This document shows, one piece after another, positions 21,201-30,058 of a stretch of 64,000 nucleotides of DNA. The translations under genes were made by a program, and so were the position numbers. The stretch covers positions 224,001 to 288,000 of the forward strand of contig CAWBNQ010000005.1 of assembly GCA_963790205.1 (NCBI GenBank), in the 5' to 3' direction. The DNA is from Nitrospirota bacterium (GTDB lineage: Bacteria; Nitrospirota; UBA9217). The notes beneath the pieces are model-generated. The model did no database searches and was not told the DNA's origin. It saw nothing but the letters and a program-made list of their open reading frames with translations. Each line of letters begins with the position of its first letter. Position 1 is the first letter of the stretch.

Positions 21201-23364
21201 AAGCGCATTGCTCCAAGTTCGGCAGGATGATTCGCCAGCTTCGCCGTAGATCCGCAATAGCGCGGTAGAATAAGTAAGTCTGGAAGCACTGCTCATATCG
21301 TCGTCTGACATTTGCCAGCGGCGGCTCTACGTTGGGGGTAGAATAGTCCAGAAACGACAGGCCAAGCGCTCTAAATACCGCCTCGCCAAGATTGGCATAC
21401 GTGAGGGTATTCCCGGAAGCTTCGTGAAGAGCTTTGTAAATGCCGGCACGAAGGCGGACCACTTGCACGAAATCGTTGAAATGACCGGCCTGGAGCGCGG
21501 CATCTTGTCTGTTGTCGGTAAAACTCAGCAGCTTTTGATCTTTCGGACGATATCCGGCATCATTCAGCTGATTAAGGATCGAGAACGCCATAATGGTCGT
21601 TGAGGTGCTGCGTCCCTCACTGCCCAGTTTTGTCAGCTTTGTACCTTCGTTCGTTTTCGTGTCAAAGAAGACACCGCCTGTTGGGTCAAAAAGCAGTGGG
21701 GCCTTCATGAACCATCCCCACCATTTCAGAGGTTTGGTTTCAGAACAATTTCCAAGCTCATCAAAATGGAGCTTAACGGGAAACAAGGTTTTCTTTTTCG
21801 AATCCGGAACCGGTCCGTTTTTTGTCATTCTCAGCCAGGAGTCCGGCAAAAATTCGAAGTCCTCGGCTAGTTCCCAGACATCTTCGCCGACAATGAGATA
21901 GCCATCTGTCGCTTCTTCATCTTCTTCTGTTTTTTCCCGAAACTCTCGCGGTTCCAGCCGATTGCCGACTCTGGACACACATATGAACGCATGTCCCGTG
22001 GCCCGGCTGAACACATTTGGAAAGAGAGGCTTTTTGTCCCCTTCGTCCTTTTTGAAGATACCCGGCTCCAGAGTAACATAGCGATTCTCGTCCTGATCGA
22101 GTGTAGTATAGACCGATCCTGTTTGAGAGATGAACTGATGCAGTTTAAAAGGTAGGATCGTGTAACGTTGCCTGGCTTCCTGCATTCGTTTGTTCACGAT
22201 GCTGATCCACTGCATAAGATCGACGAGGAACTGTCTGCAGATCGTTTCTGACAACCTGGTTTCTTGCATCAGCATAGCGACGATCGTGCCGATCCGCTGG
22301 GGGGTGCGCCGAATAAGATGGCCATCGTGCGTATCCAGCGCGACATTATTTTCAATCCAGACAGCAACGGGGTTGGCCTTCAAACGCTCAATGTCGTCTT
22401 CTGCGTTAATACCCGCCTTTATGGCTGCGGCGAGCTCCGCGCCCGATGGCAATCTACCGGAGAATGACACCGAACGGGCCAAAGTCTCGTTTATGACTTG
22501 TTCCGGCGTAAATGGCTTACCAAAAAGCGTAGTGGCAACTTTAGCGACCTGTTCGCGTTGCGAAGCGGGACTCCCGACGGAAACCATAGTGGCCGAGGTA
22601 CCGATGCAGGTCACCTCTCGGCTGCATTTGGAGCGGATGCGGCGGATCAACATAGCCACATCAGCGCCTTGGCGTCCACGGTAGGTATGGAGTTCGTCGA
22701 AAACGAGAAAACGCAGGTTGCTGTATATGGAATCACGAATGGAACGCTCCCGAACGCGAGTCAGGAGCAATTCCAGCATCATATAGTTGGTCAGGAGAAC
22801 GTGCGGAGGATTCTCGCGCATCTTTTGGCGTGCCTCTTCCTTCTCCTGTCCGGTATATTGCCCAAAGGTTATTGGGAATCCTCTCGCGCCGCTTTCGTAA
22901 TTAGCTTTGTAGCGGTTAAACTCTTCCGATTGAGAATTGATCAGAGCGTTCATCGGATAAACCACGATGGCTGTTACGCCCGATGTCCCGGGATGGGAGA
23001 GCAAATGGTGGAAGATCGAGCCTATATAGGTCAGAGACTTGCCGGATCCCGTACCAGATGTGACGATGAAATCCCTGCCTGCGGTCCCAAGACGTATTGC
23101 TTCAACCTGGTGCCGGTACAGTGTATATCCTTTAAAGATGTCCGCCGTGTCGGCATGTAAGGCGCCGGACCGTGCAAGATCCGAGACGCTGCCAGACATC
23201 TCGTATGCGGGGTTAAATTGCAAGAGAGGCTCGGGCCACAGTTTACCAACGCGAAGATCCCCTTCTACTACCGCCCGTAAAGTCGGATCGGCAATATTAA
23301 GGAAGCTGCGAATATAGGTCGCGTAGTCCGAAACGATATGCGAGTGCGTCTTGAAAACGTTCAT
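18199..23364 (-). CDS. large DEAD/DEAH helicase with DUF1998-like domain and C-terminal Vsr/DUF559-like nuclease
   Basis: GTGSGKS, DELHTY, TSATM, SPTMELGIDIG, YAQRSGRGGR; LYEAAEGSLG...LLSYYNQRDH; PDFYY...FCDGTPHD. Confidence 0.88.
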   Translation of the reverse strand: MNVFKTHSHIVSDYATYIRSFLNIADPTLRAVVEGDLRVGKLWPEPLLQFNPAYEMSGSVSDLARSGALHADTADIFKGYTLYRHQVEAIRLGTAGRDFIVTSGTGSGKSLTYIGSIFHHLLSHPGTSGVTAIVVYPMNALINSQSEEFNRYKANYESGARGFPITFGQYTGQEKEEARQKMRENPPHVLLTNYMMLELLLTRVRERSIRDSIYSNLRFLVFDELHTYRGRQGADVAMLIRRIRSKCSREVTCIGTSATMVSVGSPASQREQVAKVATTLFGKPFTPEQVINETLARSVSFSGRLPSGAELAAAIKAGINAEDDIERLKANPVAVWIENNVALDTHDGHLIRRTPQRIGTIVAMLMQETRLSETICRQFLVDLMQWISIVNKRMQEARQRYTILPFKLHQFISQTGSVYTTLDQDENRYVTLEPGIFKKDEGDKKPLFPNVFSRATGHAFICVSRVGNRLEPREFREKTEEDEEATDGYLIVGEDVWELAEDFEFLPDSWLRMTKNGPVPDSKKKTLFPVKLHFDELGNCSETKPLKWWGWFMKAPLLFDPTGGVFFDTKTNEGTKLTKLGSEGRSTSTTIMAFSILNQLNDAGYRPKDQKLLSFTDNRQDAALQAGHFNDFVQVVRLRAGIYKALHEASGNTLTYANLGEAVFRALGLSFLDYSTPNVEPPLANVRRRYEQCFQTYLFYRAIADLRRSWRIILPNLEQCALLSIEYLDLDEVAAEDTFWRDIPLLSALSHADRREFVCTILDFFRLEYAIHSENYLTQNAIRENEKQFIEMLRPPWTLDQKERLREPFVIRYEPLHRSAKLFSKSMGPASALGKFIKLYVRQRGLEINLKGDHYRNFIVQLMTKLEQADYLKSQLARSDKNEEIPIYRLKIEKIVWKLGDGKTVKSDVIKRRSYKDQTPRPNAFFRDMYRRDFSLTKRLRAEDHTGQLNTEARLDREDRFRADWYLDEAKKELDEKRIRSESVSALFCSPTMELGIDIGGLNVVHLRNAPPNPANYAQRSGRGGRSGQGALVFTYCSSYSPHDRHYFQHQAELVAGVVQAPRLDLCNRELLLTHLNALTVSEIGLPGLEAQGEARPSIMRFIVDDNDKMPLTPAVRSGLSIQPNQFNTLKAEFRRVIRDFAPELETKAASWYSDQWVEHNLSKLADHLNEAIDRWRKLYRSARTILTKATQKIESGTLGLGSDDYKKQKRNQDQATRQLDLLRNDLGRSTELSEFYPYRYLASEGFLPGYNFTRLPLRIFLPTSDASGEFISRPRAIAMREFGPLNRIYHNGRKYKVTQLVVQDAESALTEVKISTKAGYFLTDEQKDLEICPFTGCNLADNANKEHLHDLLEMAESRAEEVDRISCEEEERVSRGYNIRTYFSVDGGHLERVRKAAARTAENNFLNLRYVPAARLVHVNYQWRSRQAEGFPIGLVSGDWRDSMPDPEENPREEFRLVKLWTSNLADALHIEPIQPLGLNPEGVITLQHALKRAIESVFQAEPNEIGVVTVGDPEAPNILLYEAAEGSLGILSQFVEDVEAFHKVVEQAITLCRYDDENYKGPASYDDLLSYYNQRDHKIIDRHLIKDALEKLRICNIEIQTNTGFGSYEDQYQTISRGLDPTSSTERKFLDYLYQNGLRLPDAAQKRVDGIYVQPDFYYEPRIWVFCDGTPHDEPQVREDDESKRQSIIARGDEVWVYYYRDSLAEKIAARPDIFRKVR

Positions 23365-23573
23365 GGCAAATCCAGAATCCCTGATACATTCTTGAGTTCT
23401 TTTGCGGTGAGATTGCGGGACTGCTCGGTCGTCTTCCAGGGGAAGTTTTCAAGCAGCTCCCTCGCTTCAATGGAGAGGGCTTCGGCGAGGCTCTTGGGAT
23501 CGTGGAATTGCGCCCAGTCACGCTCGTTTCGGTATGAGATGATCTTTTGCTGGACGGATGAGAACTCAGCCAT
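23361..23573 (-). pseudogene. MazG-like nucleotide pyrophosphohydrolase, N-terminal half only
   Basis: ERDWAQFHDPKSLAEALSIEARELLE; the E(L/I)AD helix is missing; stop overlaps the helicase ATG; GGAG RBS. Confidence 0.75.
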
Positions 23574-23856
23574 GTATCTCCTGCAAAAACTGTTATATAT
23601 GGGCAATTATTTGGAAAACTTTACTACAACTGGGTGCAAAGGGCAAGTAAAGAAACGGGCAATTTTGGGGGGATACGCATTTGACGGCTTTGCTGGCTTA
23701 TACTATAAAATAAAAAAATCTCGAAAGATGTTAGAGAAAATGGCGAACAACTAAAAACAATCTAGAGGGGTTCAACCAGCTGCTTTTTTATCAAGATCAA
23801 AATTAGAGTCAGCTGCTAAGCGAACGTGTGCACGCTAGCAGTTTATGATAAAAATC

Positions 23857-24900
23857 CTAGAGAAAATTGGGTGACACTTTTCCGTTGATCGTAACGGTAA
23901 TAAACCCTTTCATCCTCAGCCAGGCCTCGACGGCGATCCGCCAGGCTGCTTGCGACTGAACACTACCATCACTGCATAGTATATCACCTTGCAAGTTTGT
24001 CATCCAGTCATAGGCAGCGCTCCTTTCCCATTTGGTAAACGTTTTTTTGTTCGTGAAGTACACTTGGCAGGCGTTGCCGCCATGCAGGCACGGACGGGGT
24101 TGGTGGTTAAGGTCATGTTCAACCGTCGATGCATATGCCTCCATGTGCTCGCGCGGACAACTGGACTTATACAAGAGTTTTGCAGCAAGCCCGTTCTTCA
24201 GCTCGGTTTGTGCCTCTTCGATCGCGCCGTTGTAGGGCGGATAATGGACTGGACTGTTCAACGGCAGGACGAAGTAGTCGGCGAGCACAGCATTGACCGC
24301 TGCATGATTCAGGTTCGCGCCATTGTCGCGCTTGAGGAACAGAGGCGCACCGAAGCGATCGAAGGTCGCTGCGAGATAGCCGGATATCTCTTCGCCGCAG
24401 GGCACATCTCCCGTCATAGGAGTGAACTTGTAGCGAGACGCGAGGTCCTGCATATGGTTCAGGTACACCTTGCCACCGTCTGTGTCACGATGTTTGTATT
24501 CACAGGGGTCCATTGACCACGCGACGTTTGGCACGTTCCAGCTGATCCGCCGCAGATTCTGACGATGGAGTGTATTGAGGTCATGCCTCGCCATAGCGAC
24601 CATGCTCTGCAGGTCTCGCCGTGACACAGAGGACGCGTGGCTCCCGTATAATGCGCCCGTGCCCTGCGTGCGGCTCTGCCCGTGAGACAGCTTTGCGATA
24701 TCCCCTGTAATCCCCTCAAGATCCGGAGGCTTGACCTTGGGAGGACCCGGTTGCCGCACGAGGGGCGTGGCGTTCTTCTGTCGCAGACGCCAACGGATAA
24801 AGCTCGGGTAGGGGAGCCTCACGGCACTGCAGATCTCCTGGTAGTGCATACCGGTTTTCTCTCTCATCCGGTCAACAACGGCAAGCATACTGGTTATCAT
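23857..24900 (-). CDS. DDE (rve) transposase 2
   Basis: WSMD, DLASR, RDNG, YNGAIE catalytic pattern; stop lies inside the terminal repeat. Confidence 0.8.
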   Translation of the reverse strand: MITSMLAVVDRMREKTGMHYQEICSAVRLPYPSFIRWRLRQKNATPLVRQPGPPKVKPPDLEGITGDIAKLSHGQSRTQGTGALYGSHASSVSRRDLQSMVAMARHDLNTLHRQNLRRISWNVPNVAWSMDPCEYKHRDTDGGKVYLNHMQDLASRYKFTPMTGDVPCGEEISGYLAATFDRFGAPLFLKRDNGANLNHAAVNAVLADYFVLPLNSPVHYPPYNGAIEEAQTELKNGLAAKLLYKSSCPREHMEAYASTVEHDLNHQPRPCLHGGNACQVYFTNKKTFTKWERSAAYDWMTNLQGDILCSDGSVQSQAAWRIAVEAWLRMKGFITVTINGKVSPNFL

Positions 24901-25283
24901 TTCTTCCTTCGCTTTCGTTTTTTTTCCTCCGACTCGTCAGCTCTTTTTTTCACACGGGCATTGTGGAGTTCATACGCGTGCAGCATGTCCCGCACTTCTA
25001 CCGTTTTCTTAGCGACAAAGAGCTTGTTCTGGAGCTCAGCGATTTGCTCCTGTAAACGCTGTTTCTCCTCGTCCTGCGGTATACTCGGCCTTCCAGGGGA
25101 TTTATCCTCCATGGCCTCGGTCATCGCCTGTAATGCCCGGCGCTCCCACTCGTAGTAGGTCTTCCGCGACACGCCGAGCCTCCGTGCGCCTTCCTCGGCC
25201 GTGATCTGGCCGCTGCGCACTGCAAACACCACCGCAGTCCGCTTTCGGGCAAGCTCCTTGTCTTCTGAGTCGCTCATGCACAC
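24897..25283 (-). CDS. HTH protein with coiled coil (transposase OrfA-like)
   Basis: EGARRLGVSRKTYYEWE HTH, PGRP motif, coiled coil; ATGA overlap with next gene; start may be 25277. Confidence 0.8.
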   Translation of the reverse strand: MCMSDSEDKELARKRTAVVFAVRSGQITAEEGARRLGVSRKTYYEWERRALQAMTEAMEDKSPGRPSIPQDEEKQRLQEQIAELQNKLFVAKKTVEVRDMLHAYELHNARVKKRADESEEKKRKRRKK

Positions 25284-25294
25284 CGACCTTTCCG

Positions 25295-25690
25295 TTATGG
25301 GGTCTCAGCCTTGCGCAGGGGGGAGCTTTCGGGCTTCAGGTCCTTTAGCTTCTCCGGTTTCCTTGCTTCCTGCGCCTTCGACAGCGTCTTTTCCAGCCTG
25401 TTCTGTACCGGGAGCATCAGGCGCTTTTTCTCCAGCATCGTCTGCAGCCGCGGGCTGAGCGCCGGCCCCTTGTCCAGGATCACCCGGGGTTCCAGAGCCT
25501 GGAGCATTCCCTCCATCGCCCGTTTCTGCCACTGGGAGAGCACCATCCACGGTATCCCCATCTCCCGGCATACTTCCGCCGGCCTCCGCCGCTCCGTCCA
25601 TATTGAGAGAACCGCCCGGCATTTCTCCATCGCCCCGTGGTTTGTCATCTGCCGCTTCTTCTCGCTTTTTATCTTCTCCGTTTTTTCCAT
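25295..25690 (-). CDS. HTH protein nested in the 3' end of transposase 1
   Basis: AEVCREMGIPWMVLSQWQKRA HTH, similar to the neighbouring HTH ORF; AAGGGG upstream. Confidence 0.7.
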   Translation of the reverse strand: MEKTEKIKSEKKRQMTNHGAMEKCRAVLSIWTERRRPAEVCREMGIPWMVLSQWQKRAMEGMLQALEPRVILDKGPALSPRLQTMLEKKRLMLPVQNRLEKTLSKAQEARKPEKLKDLKPESSPLRKAETP

Positions 25691-26853
25691 GGCCGGCCCC
25701 TTCTTCGTTTAGATTGTAGACTACTTCCTGCGTGGTGTCATCCTCTTCATCGTCAACCGATAGACGCAGCTTGCCCTTTTCCGCCCGCAGCACTACCGAC
25801 TGCCCCTCCATGCGGCCCACCATGTAGAACGGCAGCTTGGGCTTCCCGCGGAGCGCCATCTCGAGGAGATTCTCCTGGATGCCATGCTCGATCGTCTTCC
25901 TGAGCTCGCTCTGGATCTCAAAATACCGGTCCGCGGGACACAGGCCGCCGATCCCCTGGTGCGGTCGTTTGTGGTTGTAATACTTCACCCACTGCCGTAT
26001 CCGCTCGGCGGCGTCCTCGAAGCTATCGAACTGCGCTCTGACAAGAAACTCCAGGTAGATCGTCTTCCAGAACCGTTCGATTTTGCCCAGGGTCATAGGG
26101 TGGTGTGGTTGGGATTTGATGTGGTGGATCTTGTCTTTCTTGAGCTCCAGCTCAAAACGGCTGTGCCCGCGCCAGCTCGTATACTGCCGCCCGTTATCCG
26201 TGAGCATCTCTTTCGGCGGGTTGTACTCGGAGGACGCCCGGCGGTATACCTCGATAACGTTCTGGCCCGTCTGAGTGCGGAAAAGCTCGAGCCCCGTGAT
26301 GTAGCGGGAGTAATCATCGATGTAGCCGATCAGGTACGCATAGTGGCCGCCAAGACGGAACGTGAAGATGTCCGTTTGCCACAGCTGGTTCGGCGTTGAT
26401 CGTTCGAAAAAACGGGGACGGGTGATATTACGCTGACGCTTCTTAGGCGGGGACTTGATGAGGGATGAATCGTGAAGGGTCTTGCGGACTGTTTCAGGGC
26501 TGGCGGAAAGAAAAAACGCCCTCTTTAAAACCTGTGAAATGCGCTTGATGCCGAAGAGCGGGTTGGCTTCTTTTACCTCGACGATCTTCTGCCTTACCGG
26601 AGAAGGAAGACTGCGCCCCTTACCTCTGTAATTGCGTTGCGAGCCCCGCTTCGCCATGACGACGATAGTCGCGCACCCAGCGCCCGACCGTCCCACTGCT
26701 CAATCCGCATTCCTGCCGAATCACCGAAGCAGGGACGCTTTCTTCAACAAACTTTTTGACGACTTGAAGCTTGAAATCCGGTCCATACCGCTTGCTTCGT
26801 TTCGGGAACTTCCTTTTCCTGCCTACTTGCTGTATACTCTTTTCTGGTTTCAT
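25305..26853 (-). CDS. IS481-like DDE transposase 1, frameshifted near 26635
   Basis: N-terminal HTH ORF (26620-26853, AGGAG RBS) and body with WQTD, DDYSR, TDNG, GKIERFW, YNHKRPHQGI are in different frames. Confidence 0.85.
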
Positions 26854-26936
26854 GATGACACTCCTTTCAAAACCTAACTTTGGAGTGTCACCCTATTTCC
26901 TCAAATCCTTGTTATCATAAACTGGTCGCTAGGACA

Positions 26937-27011
26937 GACCTGATGAATCGCGATTGCACATGTTTCATCGGGCCGAGGCATTCGGATTCCAAGTAAATTG
27001 TTATCGCTCAT
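26937..27011 (-). pseudogene. 5' stub of a gene cut by the IS481-like element
   Basis: MSDNNLLGIRMPRPDETCAIAIHQV runs into the TGT end. Confidence 0.35.
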
Positions 27012-27022
27012 AGTGATCTTAT

Positions 27023-27119
27023 GCTGTCAGATAACGCATTGCGCATAACCTGCGGCGTATGTGCCTCTCTTCCGCAGACTAACTTATGGCCGCCAGATAG
27101 ATACGTTTTATTAGACAGA
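27023..27119 (-). other. attC-like imperfect hairpin
   Basis: Minus strand TCTGTCTAAT...GTTATCTGACAG, with inner pairing cataa/ctgcgg with ccgcag/ttatg. Confidence 0.55.
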
Positions 27120-27134
27120 CGCATTAGATGGCCC

Positions 27135-27665
27135 TCAAGCCGATTCGGACGACCGGTGATAGAGGATCACGGCGAGCACACCGGCAAGCATGTACTGATG
27201 GCTTTGCTCCATCTGGTCGAAATGTGTTTAACCACGAACTATGGCTGCCTGGATACGACCCGAGGTGGCCTTCACTAGATCGGCCTGCGCGGCGTCGCTG
27301 AAGCCACCTTGTTCCAAGAGCACGATGTAGTCATTCGGACTCAGTCTCGATCCGTCTGAGTTGACCCATATTCTGCCCTGCTTGCGGACGCCCCAGTTTA
27401 ACCGACTCTGCACACACTCAGCCAGCACATCCTCGCTGTCGTGGTAGCGGGACGGAGGATCACAGGAGTCAAGTTCCACAATAAGCTCGTTGAGAGGTTC
27501 TGCGAAGCTGTCTTCTTCGGGCTCATACCGCTTGGCATCGTGGTCCCACGACAGTTCCCAGTTGCTGCGGATGTGCGACAGGGGACGAAGTACTTCATGG
27601 TCAACCCAGTCGCTCCAGGCAAAGAAGTCCCCTACAGTGGTCATTCGGCCCCCCTGCGACATCAT
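27135..27665 (-). pseudogene. cassette-like hypothetical gene with in-frame TAA at 27228-27230
   Basis: Frame continues RG*THFDQMEQSHQYMLAGVLAVILYHRSSESA* to just before the hairpin. Confidence 0.65.
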
Positions 27666-27669
27666 AAGT

Positions 27670-27727
27670 TCTGTCTAATGTTAAGGCTTCTTTCTGAACG
27701 CTTTATTCAGAAAGAAGCTGGTTGGAC
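27670..27727 (-). other. attC-like hairpin at the downstream end of the IS91-like module
   Basis: Minus strand GTCCAAC (RYYYAAC), stem CTTCTTTCTGAA/TTCAGAAAGAAG, then ATTAGAC. Confidence 0.6.
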
Positions 27728-27985
27728 TAAGCCGTTGCGCGCCACGTCGCTATGGGATTTCAAATGATTTGTCAGCTTAAAACGAAGTCCGCGGAGACAG
27801 CATTGGCAGGGGCGTGAGACTTGTTCGGGTGAAAAGCGGCGATTCCGGACTGCTCCGCAAGCCCCTTTCGTAAAAGACTATACAGGAAAAAGGGCTTTTG
27901 GGCAATAGGGTATCGTTGCGAAAGACGTGACTTTTTTCGGGGATGGATGTCGGAGTCGGGTTGTTCATTTCAGTGCTTGTGGTAA

Positions 27986-29179
27986 TCATATTCGCGGCGG
28001 TCCTTTGCAGCGCGCGGGCTGCATGATCTCGATTGTGCGCATTCTGCGTTCGCCGCAGGCAGGGCATTTGGCCACGTCAATGCCGGCGATCCTGAGCAAA
28101 GCTTCCTGCCACGTCTCAGTCTTCTGCTCCGCCTCGTTCTGATCAACGCAGGCCAGAAGCTCTCTGCATTGGTCGAGTTTCTTTCTGCGGCATCTGTTTC
28201 CCAACAGACCGTAATGCCTGATTTTGACAAACCGGTCGGGCAGGACATGAAGCAGGAACCGCCGGATGAACTCATCGGCGTCCACGGTCATGATCTTGCT
28301 TTTGTTGCTGTCCGCGTAGTCGCGCCACCGGAAGGAGATCTTGTCGTCCATCATCTTCACGAGCCGGTGATTGCTGATCGCGATACGGTGGGTGTATCTG
28401 CCGAGATACTCAAGAACGCCTTTTGTTCCGTCGAACGGCGGCTTACAATAGACGACCCACTGCTTCTTGTACAAATCGGCGATGAAGGCCTTGAAAACTC
28501 CCGGCGACGCAAGATGGCTTACGACGCCGGGGTAGACAAGTTTGTTCTCGGCACGGAGTTTTTTCAGATAAGCGAGAAACTTCCCCCGAAAGAGTTTCGA
28601 CATGACCTTGACGGGAAGGAAAAAGCCATTCTTGCATGATTTCCATTTCCGTCCGCCCTTGGACAATCCGCCGCCGGTGACGATGTTGTGGAGATGCGGA
28701 TGATCCATAAGGTTCTGTCCCCAGGTGTGCAGGATCGAGATAAAACCGATTTCCGCGCCCAAGTGTTTCTGCGTATTCGAGAGTTCCGTCAGGGTTTCCG
28801 AAACGGCCTTGAACAGGATCCCGTAGAGGGCCTCCTGGTTCCGGAGCACAAGGGGATTGAGTTTATCGGGGATGGTAAAAACGACATGGAAGTAAGGAAT
28901 GGGAAGCAGGTCTTCTTCCCGGGCCTCGATCCACTGCTCTTTTTTAAGGAACTGGCACTTGGGGCAATGCCGGTTTCTGCAGGAGTTGTACGAGATCACT
29001 TTTGTCCCGCAGTGCTCGCATTCGTCCACGTGACCGCCTTGGTCGGCGGTGCGGCAGGTCTCGATCGCCCGCATGGCGCGAAGACGATTCAAGGGCATGG
29101 GATGAGCGTTCCGGTAAAGAGGACCGTACCGGCGAAAGATGTCCGCGACTTCGATCTGTAGGCTATCTCGCGTGTACAC
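27986..29179 (-). CDS. IS91-family (HUH, Y2) transposase
   Basis: Zn domain CRT..CEHC..YNSCRNRHCPKC, HVVFT, LHTWG..HPHLH (HUH), YLGRY. Confidence 0.95.
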   Translation of the reverse strand: MYTRDSLQIEVADIFRRYGPLYRNAHPMPLNRLRAMRAIETCRTADQGGHVDECEHCGTKVISYNSCRNRHCPKCQFLKKEQWIEAREEDLLPIPYFHVVFTIPDKLNPLVLRNQEALYGILFKAVSETLTELSNTQKHLGAEIGFISILHTWGQNLMDHPHLHNIVTGGGLSKGGRKWKSCKNGFFLPVKVMSKLFRGKFLAYLKKLRAENKLVYPGVVSHLASPGVFKAFIADLYKKQWVVYCKPPFDGTKGVLEYLGRYTHRIAISNHRLVKMMDDKISFRWRDYADSNKSKIMTVDADEFIRRFLLHVLPDRFVKIRHYGLLGNRCRRKKLDQCRELLACVDQNEAEQKTETWQEALLRIAGIDVAKCPACGERRMRTIEIMQPARCKGPPRI

Positions 29180-29200
29180 CGCGGGTGTCGCGTGTGCAGG

Positions 29201-30058
29201 CTACGAGGTTTGTGGAGGATTTAAGAAGGGGCCTAAGTCCAGAGGGCTCACGATCTTTGAGAGGTTCTTTTTGCTCACGTGGAGATAAATAGTGGTCGTT
29301 CTCACCGACGCATGGCCGAGCAGAAGCTGAATATAGTGCAGATCAGCTCCCGACTCCAGCAGGTGTGTGGCGAAGCTATGCCGAAGCGTGTGACAACTTG
29401 CCGGCTTCGTGATGCCGGCTTTTTTCTTCGCGCGTTTGAACGCCTCTTGGACGGTGCTAATGGAAATGTAGTTTTCAGGCTTTTCTCCCGGAAAGAGCCA
29501 ATGCGTCGGTCTATATTCTTTCCAGTATTCCCGAAGCGCTTCCAGCGCTACCTGGGATAAAAGGGTATACCGGTCTTTTTTGCCTTTGCCCTGGTCCACG
29601 CGTATCAGCATACGGCTGCTGTCGATGTCCGTGATCTTGAGCCGGGCGGTCTCGCTCGCCCGGAGCCCTGCCGAGTAGGTCACCATCAGCATCACGCGCT
29701 GCTTCAGGCTGGGAGTGGCTTCGAACATGGCCTGTACCTCCTCCCGTTCGAGAACGATAGGAAGTGTCTTGGTCGTCTTCGGATAGGGAATCTTGTCCAT
29801 CACCCAACCTTTGCCCAGCGTCGTTTCATAGAGGAACCGCAGCGCGCTGTAAGTTATCTTCAGGGTGGATAGCGATACCTTCTTATCCCGGACGAGGTAA
29901 AGCAGATACGCTTTGACATCGCCGTCTTCCAAAAGGTCGGGCGGTTTTTTAAAATGGCGTTCCATATCGCGCGCCGCCCGGTGATACAATGATTGCGTCT
30001 TCGGGGCTAATCCTCGAAGCACCATGTCGCCCTGCATCTGTTCTTTGAACGTTTCCAT
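29201..30058 (-). CDS. tyrosine recombinase, IntI-like but lacking the integron-specific insertion
   Basis: GLRASE, GKGKKDR, HTLRHSFATHLLE, LLGH..TTTIY, C-terminal SPLD; AAGGAG RBS. Confidence 0.93.
   Translation of the reverse strand: METFKEQMQGDMVLRGLAPKTQSLYHRAARDMERHFKKPPDLLEDGDVKAYLLYLVRDKKVSLSTLKITYSALRFLYETTLGKGWVMDKIPYPKTTKTLPIVLEREEVQAMFEATPSLKQRVMLMVTYSAGLRASETARLKITDIDSSRMLIRVDQGKGKKDRYTLLSQVALEALREYWKEYRPTHWLFPGEKPENYISISTVQEAFKRAKKKAGITKPASCHTLRHSFATHLLESGADLHYIQLLLGHASVRTTTIYLHVSKKNLSKIVSPLDLGPFLNPPQTS

Larger units (their letters stand above)
23827..26936 (-). mobile_element. 3110-bp IS481-like element with two DDE transposases and two HTH ORFs
   Basis: Imperfect ~52-bp terminal inverted repeats starting TGT and sharing CAGTTTATGATAA and GGGTGACAC; no target duplication seen. 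Confidence 0.88.

Noticed and set aside
11043..23364. Canonical DISARM, BREX or Druantia call
   Set aside because: No PLD (drmC), no separate drmA/drmB, no pglZ or brxC, no other dru genes recognised
27036..27065. dif site (TTGCGCATAA resembles a XerC arm)
   Set aside because: No XerD arm (TTATGTTAAA) follows
27228..27230. Stop-codon reassignment (in-frame TAA here and at 7197)
   Set aside because: TAA ends many intact genes in the window; nonsense mutations are the simpler explanation
29201..30058. True integron integrase intI
   Set aside because: Lacks the IntI-specific insertion and is co-oriented with, not divergent from, the cassettes
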